DNA from: Acidimicrobiia bacterium | GTDB taxonomy: Bacteria; Actinomycetota; Acidimicrobiia; Spongiisociales; ZC4RG35 | Length of the DNA: 62,357 nucleotides | Assembly: GCA_036396655.1 (NCBI GenBank) | Contig: DASWKK010000095.1 | Coordinates: 1-62,357 of the forward strand | Reading direction: 5' to 3' | In this document: piece after piece, positions 56,227 through 62,357 of the stretch | How positions within the stretch are numbered: the stretch's first letter is position 1 | How the letters are laid out: each line of letters begins with the position of its first letter | The notes under the pieces: model-generated | Databases searched by the model: none | What the model saw: only the letters and a program-made list of their open reading frames with translations | What the model was told of the DNA's origin: nothing | Program-made: the position numbers and the translations under genes

Positions 56227-57738
56227 ATGACTGCCATCACAGAGCCCATCCGCAGCGAAGTCCACATCCACGAGCCGTATTCACGTTTGCGTCTCGGCGC
56301 TGGAATCATCGGGCGCTCCTGGCTGTGGTTTCTCGGCGCCTGTGTGCTGGTGACCCTTCTCCCGCTCCTGTTTGGGTGGCAGCCCTTCGTGATCATCACC
56401 GGCTCGATGGAGCCAGGAATAGATGCGGGTGACGTGGTCCTGGTATCACCAGATCCTGACCCGGCCACGCTGGTCGGCAGGGTCATCAGCTTCGAGGATC
56501 CCGCGATGAGCGACCACACCCTCACCCACCGAGTGGTATCGATCAACCAGGACGGCAGCTTGGTCACCAAGGGTGACGCCAACCCGACGGTCGACAGTGT
56601 CCCGGTTCCGGCCGAAGCAGTGACCGGGCTGGGACGCCTTCTCATCCAGTTCGTGGGCCTGCCCATTGTCTGGGCGCGAACCGCCAACTGGGTGCCTCTT
56701 CTCCTTCACCTGGCGCTGCTCATCGGGGCGGTCACCGCGACTGTCCTCGACTACGAGCCGGACCGGCGGCCGTCTCGAACCTGGCAGAGCCGTATTCGCC
56801 AACATCAGCCCGCCGACCCGAGGAGGCTTCTCGGGCGCGCCGCTCCGTCGGTCACACCGCTTCTCATCCTTATGCTCGCGGCCGCCCTCGGTTTCCAGTC
56901 CACCGCCATCCCCACTAGCGCCGCAGCTTTCACAGCATCCACCCTGAGCACTTCAGACACCTGGACGGTTCCCAACTGGGCGTACACCGGTGAGCTCAAT
57001 GCCCTTGCCCCGTATCTCTATTGGAAGCTCGACGAGACCGGGTCCGCCGCCATCGCCGCCGACTCATCCGGAAATGGTCGAACCGGCTCATACAACCCCA
57101 ACGGCTCCAGCTCGAACTTCACCCGACTCAGTGACGGAGCCTTGATCAGTGACAGCCCCGACCGGGCGGTGCAGCTGGGCGCCAACGCCTGTATCAACAC
57201 CACATCGACCAGCTCGATCAACGCTCCCCAGGTGTTCACTGTCGTCGCCTGGTTCAGAGCGCCATCCTCTTACACCAACGGGGGAAAACTGATCGGCTTC
57301 GAGAGACCGCAGACCGGTGTGTCCGCCCCCACCACCGGTGCCTACGACCGCCACCTCTACATGGACGGGCAAGGGCGAATCTGGTTCGGCGTCTACAACA
57401 ACGCCCACGTCGCCCTCAGCTCGAACCCTGGCCTGAACGACAACCAGTGGCACATGGCGGTGGGCACCCAGAGCTCGGCTGGGATGCGGTTCTATATCGA
57501 CGGTGTCCAGGTTGGCTCGAATAGCAATACCGTTGCCGAAACCCAGGCCGGGTGGTGGCGAGCAGGCTGTGGCAACCTCGCTGGATGGGGAGCTCAATGG
57601 GGAGGCAACAACAACCCCGGGACGAGCTCGGGGACGAGCCAGAACCGAACCTTCACTGCCTCGCTCGACGAGCTTTCCGTTTTTTCAGGCACGGCTCTAA
57701 GTCCCGAGCAGGTTGCCTGGCTCTACTGGGTGCGCTGA
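56227..57738 (+). CDS. SipW-type signal peptidase (S26B) fused to a LamG/ConA-like domain
   Basis: TGSMEPG (Ser), THRVV (His), TKGDAN..D, then TM pair, internal signal peptide, LYWKLDE, VVAWF, DNQWHMAV, FYIDG, LDELSVF. Confidence 0.88.
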   Translation: MTAITEPIRSEVHIHEPYSRLRLGAGIIGRSWLWFLGACVLVTLLPLLFGWQPFVIITGSMEPGIDAGDVVLVSPDPDPATLVGRVISFEDPAMSDHTLTHRVVSINQDGSLVTKGDANPTVDSVPVPAEAVTGLGRLLIQFVGLPIVWARTANWVPLLLHLALLIGAVTATVLDYEPDRRPSRTWQSRIRQHQPADPRRLLGRAAPSVTPLLILMLAAALGFQSTAIPTSAAAFTASTLSTSDTWTVPNWAYTGELNALAPYLYWKLDETGSAAIAADSSGNGRTGSYNPNGSSSNFTRLSDGALISDSPDRAVQLGANACINTTSTSSINAPQVFTVVAWFRAPSSYTNGGKLIGFERPQTGVSAPTTGAYDRHLYMDGQGRIWFGVYNNAHVALSSNPGLNDNQWHMAVGTQSSAGMRFYIDGVQVGSNSNTVAETQAGWWRAGCGNLAGWGAQWGGNNNPGTSSGTSQNRTFTASLDELSVFSGTALSPEQVAWLYWVR

Positions 57739-57760
57739 GACTCCAGGATGACGCCAATGC

Positions 57761-57793
57761 GACGACCCCGGCCGTGAGCCAGCCGGGGTCGTC
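57761..57793. terminator. Hairpin between convergent genes
   Basis: GACGACCCCGGC-N9-GCCGGGGTCGTC. Confidence 0.7.
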
Positions 57794-57810
57794 ACAATCG
57801 AAACGGCGGA

Positions 57811-59655
57811 TCAACCGGTCTGGAATACCCTGGTATTGACTACGTTCGGGTATTCGGCCTCGGTGATCTGACCCCCGAGCGGCCCGGCCAGAAAGTTGAG
57901 CATGGACTGCTCGTAGGTCACACCGAGCGTGGTGAACGGGAGACCACCGAAGTCGTACCCGTCCCCGCCCCGGGCCAGGAAGTCGATGGTGGCCACGTTG
58001 AACGTGGTGTCCACCGGCACCTGAAATCCGGCAAGAGCCGCGTCATACACCACGGTCGAGCCCACGGTGATCTTCCTCACCCGATCGGCGTTGGGAGCCC
58101 CGGTCGAGTCCCACTCGAACGTCATCCCGGCTACGTGGGCAAACCTGCCATCGACGAACTCCACCCGGGATACGGCATTCTCGAGAATCGCTTTGAGCTG
58201 GGTGACCGGCACGTTCTCCACTATCGAGACGAAGTTGGGGAAGGGGAACAGGTTGTTGATTTCCAACCTGGTCACGTTCGCCGGTGACCCTGGCGTTGCT
58301 TCCGTGAAGAGCAAAGAGTCCGGCAGACGTATGCCTCCACCGTTCTGGAAAGCGACATCGGGAGCTCCCACACCGAAGTCCGCGGCCACCTCCGCTGCCT
58401 GCCACAGCATCGAGTCGGCGGCGAGATTGCCCAGGTTGGTATTGGACACTCTTTCGCCGGGGTTGGTCACCACGATCGGTACTACCGGCGCCGGCGGGTC
58501 ACCGGCCGTCTGCACGGTGCCCCGAGCCGAATTGAGCGGCACCTGGGTCTGAGCCACCACGGTGGTGGCAAGGGCTTCGACATAGTCCTGAACCGGTTCA
58601 ACGACGCGTCTCGTGATCCGTCGATCGGCCTTGACCGCATCGTCAAAGTCTCCGGTGGTGACACGAACCGGGCCGCTGTCGTCACTGACCTCTATCACGT
58701 TGCCCTGCTTGTCGAAACCCACCACGAGTCGACCGACGTAGCGATAGCTGCCGTTCGTGGTGACGACTGGCACTTCGGTCCCATCGACGTCCGTCGCGAT
58801 GATTGGGTAAGGCCCGAACACCGCCGCCAGGTCGCCGGGGACCAGCAGGTCGCCTTCGTTGGCGAGAAGCTCGTCACCACCGCCGGCGACCATGATGTCG
58901 ATGTCGTCGAGCATCGAGGCGAGGTCGAGATCCTCGAGAATGCTCTGAAGATGCGAGATCAGGATGATCTTGTTGACACCTTTGCTCTTCAGCTTCACGA
59001 TTTCGGCCTCAACCGCTGGTAGCACGTCGTTGACGATGACATCGCGCGGGCTGGAGATGATGGGAAGGAAGTCGGTGGTGGCGCCGATAATCCCGAACCT
59101 CTCTCCTTCCTCTTTGACGATCACGCTGGCGGCGATACGCCCACGGCGGGTCAACCTGTCGAAGACCGGCTCGTTGCTGAAATCGAGGTTGGCGCTGAGG
59201 AACGGGGTCTTGGACTTGAAGCTCGAAACGAAGTTGGCGAAGACTTCAGGACCGAAGTCGAATTCGTGATTCCCGATCGCAACCGCGTCGTACCCGATCA
59301 GGTCCATCGCCATTGCGTCGTAGTAAGGCACGCCTTTGTCGAGACTGGCCTGGAATTGGGCGCTGGCCAGGTAATTGTCTCCAGACGAAACGAGCAGAGA
59401 TACCTTGTCCCGGCCTCGGTCTCCCTCCTTGCGCAGCTGACGGACCAGCGTCGCAAACGGTGCGACTCCCCCGAACGGCTGGCCCTCGACCACCGACTCC
59501 AACAGGGCCGACTCGCCGTCGTTGTTGTGGAGCAGAGTCAATTGGACATCGGCCTTGGGCTCGGATTTGTGAGTGGCGTCGGCTGTATCGGCAACTCCCA
59601 AGGTGGCTACCAGCAGGGCGACCACCGTGAGGATCAGGAGATGCGACCTGCGCAA
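57811..59655 (-). CDS. Secreted bifunctional metallophosphatase/5'-nucleotidase
   Basis: Signal peptide, SGDN, IGNHEFDFG, FQNGGGIR, FPFPNF, DFLARGGDGY. TTG after GGAG. Confidence 0.9.
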   Translation of the reverse strand: MRRSHLLILTVVALLVATLGVADTADATHKSEPKADVQLTLLHNNDGESALLESVVEGQPFGGVAPFATLVRQLRKEGDRGRDKVSLLVSSGDNYLASAQFQASLDKGVPYYDAMAMDLIGYDAVAIGNHEFDFGPEVFANFVSSFKSKTPFLSANLDFSNEPVFDRLTRRGRIAASVIVKEEGERFGIIGATTDFLPIISSPRDVIVNDVLPAVEAEIVKLKSKGVNKIILISHLQSILEDLDLASMLDDIDIMVAGGGDELLANEGDLLVPGDLAAVFGPYPIIATDVDGTEVPVVTTNGSYRYVGRLVVGFDKQGNVIEVSDDSGPVRVTTGDFDDAVKADRRITRRVVEPVQDYVEALATTVVAQTQVPLNSARGTVQTAGDPPAPVVPIVVTNPGERVSNTNLGNLAADSMLWQAAEVAADFGVGAPDVAFQNGGGIRLPDSLLFTEATPGSPANVTRLEINNLFPFPNFVSIVENVPVTQLKAILENAVSRVEFVDGRFAHVAGMTFEWDSTGAPNADRVRKITVGSTVVYDAALAGFQVPVDTTFNVATIDFLARGGDGYDFGGLPFTTLGVTYEQSMLNFLAGPLGGQITEAEYPNVVNTRVFQTG

Positions 59656-59895
59656 CGTGTTTTCTCCAACGATCATTGAGGAACCCCTTTGTGGTCTGGT
59701 CGACTTCACGAGCCGTTCGGATGTTTCACCACTCCAACGACACATCGGTTACCGGAAGGTGAAGGTCTGAGGGCGATATCTGGTCCATCGGTAGCGATGC
59801 GTGACACCATTCCCCAACACCCGCGGTTCGAAACCCATACACGCCCGAGCAAAGAGGCGAAGGAGTGATCAGCTGTTTGCCGGGCCGAGCCAGTC

Positions 59896-61404
59896 TCAGC
59901 GATAGAGCTCGGGCTCGAACGGATTGACCCCACCACCGAGAGGTGGGTTACCGCGCAACCCGGAGGGCAGGGTGGCGTCGGGGACAACTAATCCGGAGAG
60001 CTGGATCAGGCTCCTATTACCACCGGTGAACGAACCGGGTTCGCCGGGATGGAACACCGTAACCGTTCCGCCCTTCTTCCACCAGGTGGCCTGAATCCAT
60101 GCCGCCTTGAATTTCTGGACGTGAAGCCACTCGTTTCCTGACCCGAAACTGTCCTCGTGGAAGAGAGGAACGTATCCGAAACGAGGGGAATCCTCGAGGG
60201 TGTCGAGGAACAGTGGTACTGAATGGCCCCCGGCCACGTACTCGGTGAGACAGGCACTGAGATGCTCCCATGAATTGGGCTCATCGTCCGCATCGTCACC
60301 ATCCCAGTCCTGGGGGACATTGGTGCCGACCGTCGGATCGAAGGTCTGCGCTTGGCAGCTGGCAGGGATGTTCTTCGGCGGCGGGGTGGACGCGCTGAGC
60401 GAAGGATTGATGTAGTCCCAGAGCGGCTTGTCGTCCAACGGGTACCCGTGAACATTGCGCTTGGGATTGCTTCCCTTCTGAAGGAGAGGATTGGCGATCC
60501 CACCAGGGATCGGCCCGGTAGCCAGGCCCTCCGGGACACCGCTGGAGAGACCGGTGAATGTGTTCATGGTATCCGGGGTCAATCCGTTGTCCATGTTGGC
60601 GCAGGAATCACGCACTTCGTTCGCCGCCAGCCCGTCGAGGTCGGGGATGATGCGATGGTCGATTCCGAAGGCGATGTTGACCGCGACCAGGTCCTTTTTC
60701 GGGCTCCCAGTGCAATTGCGGCTTGGCCCGTCTGGGTTGGTCCCATAGTGAGGCGACTCCAAGGCCCCGAAGTTGCCGGCGTCGGGGCCGTCGCAGGGCT
60801 CTTCGGCGTGACCTCCGGAGCCGTCGCGAAGACAGGTGTGTTGACCGTCGAATGTCGTGCTCAGGAGAGCGAACGGAAGAATTCCTCCTCCGCCCCGATT
60901 GGCCATTCTCGCCACGGCATCGGCGTTGGTCTCCAACTCGCTCATGCCCATCAATTTCCCGAAGGTCGTCTCGAACTCCAACTGGGGGAGGTTGACCCGC
61001 ACGTAGCCACCGGCGTCGAACGAAATGCAGTCGAGTCTCCCGCTCGGGGTGGTCCACCCGGCCGGGACCGCCGCCGGCTGGAAGTTGAAGCCCTCTCCGT
61101 TGAGGTGGAGACGTTCGGGGTCCTGGCATCCCTCCCAACGCGCCTGCCAGTCGGCACCGGAGTAGGTGGCAATCACGTTGCGGCGGGTGAAGTCCAGGAT
61201 CAGGTCCCGAATCTTGGTGTTGGGTCCCAGGGTCTCGATGGTGCCCGCCATGACTCCGATATCGGCAGCGGTCTGGTCTTGGCGCCGCTCGTTGAATCCG
61301 AGGCCGAGATCGATGGCGAGCGCGGCAAAGCCGCACAGCACAAAGAGCGATATTGCGATGAGCAGAGCGGTCGCTCCTCTCTCGCCACGATCGCGGCTCA
61401 GCAT
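59896..61404 (-). CDS. TadG-like minor pilin with large C-terminal domain
   Basis: ERG|ATALL...LAIDLG...RRQDQTAADIG Tad N-terminus. Confidence 0.8.
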   Translation of the reverse strand: MLSRDRGERGATALLIAISLFVLCGFAALAIDLGLGFNERRQDQTAADIGVMAGTIETLGPNTKIRDLILDFTRRNVIATYSGADWQARWEGCQDPERLHLNGEGFNFQPAAVPAGWTTPSGRLDCISFDAGGYVRVNLPQLEFETTFGKLMGMSELETNADAVARMANRGGGGILPFALLSTTFDGQHTCLRDGSGGHAEEPCDGPDAGNFGALESPHYGTNPDGPSRNCTGSPKKDLVAVNIAFGIDHRIIPDLDGLAANEVRDSCANMDNGLTPDTMNTFTGLSSGVPEGLATGPIPGGIANPLLQKGSNPKRNVHGYPLDDKPLWDYINPSLSASTPPPKNIPASCQAQTFDPTVGTNVPQDWDGDDADDEPNSWEHLSACLTEYVAGGHSVPLFLDTLEDSPRFGYVPLFHEDSFGSGNEWLHVQKFKAAWIQATWWKKGGTVTVFHPGEPGSFTGGNRSLIQLSGLVVPDATLPSGLRGNPPLGGGVNPFEPELYR

Positions 61405-61865
61405 GGGATGGGACCGGCGTCGTTGAACCAGTCGTCGGAGTCTTGCTCGAGGCGGAACTCCACGGTCGATTCCAGGGTGCTCGGCAGGAACACCTCGATC
61501 AGCGCCAGACCGGACAACGACTGGGGACTTGCCACCACTTGGACCGCAGCCGTGTCGCCGAGGCTTCCCGGCGAGCCATCGGTGAACCTGACCGTGACAT
61601 TGGTGGTCAGGTCCATAGCGTGACAAGTCACGTCGTGGAGAAATGCATTATTGCCTGCGTTGACCGCAGCGGCTCTGGCTCCCTCCCGGGCACCATGGCG
61701 GACATCGTTGAATTCACCGAACAGGTAGCCGAACTCGATCACGCCCAGCAAGAGCAGGATCAGAAACGGAGCTATAAGTGCGAATTCGACAAGACTGGCG
61801 CCAGTCTCGCCACGCCCCTTCGAACGCGACCCATTGGCCGTGACCCCAGGAACTAAAGACTTCAT
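61398..61865 (-). CDS. tadE: TadE-like pseudopilin
   Basis: ETG|ASLVEFALIAPFLILLLLGVIEFG...GAREGARAA. Confidence 0.9.
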   Translation of the reverse strand: MKSLVPGVTANGSRSKGRGETGASLVEFALIAPFLILLLLGVIEFGYLFGEFNDVRHGAREGARAAAVNAGNNAFLHDVTCHAMDLTTNVTVRFTDGSPGSLGDTAAVQVVASPQSLSGLALIEVFLPSTLESTVEFRLEQDSDDWFNDAGPIPC

Positions 61866-62054
61866 ATCGGTGTAATCGCCGGCGGGGCCGGCTTGGGTAC
61901 GAAAAGTGATAGGTCCAACGAATCATTGCAGTGACCATGACGCGCCTGCCGATAACACTCTGATGACCATCCTGCTCCTTCTTATCTCACCTCGGAGCTT
62001 GTGGCGGTCTCGCCCGATGACTAAACCGAGGATGCAGTTAAACCAAGGGGTGTC

Positions 62055-62357
62055 ATGCCCTTAGGCCAGAATTTCGACAACGTCCTGGGCGCGGCGAAAG
62101 GTGGTGCAGACTGGGCATGGGAGGCGCTCTACCGGGACCTAGCCGGTGCGGTAACCGGGTACCTGGCGTCGCGGCGCGCACCTAGTCCCGAAGACGTTGC
62201 CGCCGAGACTTTCCTCCAGGTCGCCCGCGGGATCCACAGCTTCGAGGGAAATGAGGCTGCCTTCAGGTCATGGGTCTTCGTGATCGCACATCGACGGCTC
62301 ATCGACACTCGTCGGAAGGCGATGCGAGAGCCCAACCTGGTGGCATTCCCCGTCGAT
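62055..62357 (+). CDS. ECF RNA polymerase sigma factor, 3'-truncated by the window edge
   Basis: My translation: MPLGQNFDNVLGAAKGGADWAWEALYRDL...PEDVAAETFLQV...FRSWVFVIAHRRLIDTRR (region 2). AAGGGG SD. Confidence 0.9.
   Translation, partial: MPLGQNFDNVLGAAKGGADWAWEALYRDLAGAVTGYLASRRAPSPEDVAAETFLQVARGIHSFEGNEAAFRSWVFVIAHRRLIDTRRKAMREPNLVAFPVD

Noticed and set aside
1-62357. Prophage, IS transposase, integrase or defence island
   Set aside because: No such motifs were recognised in any supported ORF.

Overview
High-GC actinobacterial chromosomal window. The gene families, the many Thr-rich lipoproteins and widespread leaderless promoters suggest class Acidimicrobiia (inference). It holds about 52 protein-coding genes. 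I found no rRNA, tRNA, CRISPR array, transposase or integrase. Alpha-glucan metabolism sits in three places: glgA/glgC, glgP, and glgB-GH57-glgE-treS/mak. Best leads: (1) a TasA/CalY-like pilin followed by a SipW peptidase fused to a LamG passenger that carries its own internal pilin-like N-terminus; (2) a coupled operon of a carotenoid-desaturase-like flavoenzyme, a PaxB/Pyr4-like membrane terpene cyclase and a 6TM adenylate cyclase; (3) a sugar-type ABC importer with one permease fused to an amidohydrolase, plus a free paralogue with an altered active site; (4) a local OmpR-family regulon readable as five arrays of 11-bp-period TCNCAG(C/G) boxes; (5) two inverted copies of a composite G-rich repeat with 29-nt tandem units that bracket the 8.8-kb GlgE-pathway operon; (6) a 164-bp palindromic MITE-like element that supplies the stop codon of aidB. 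All family names come from motif recognition, not database searches.
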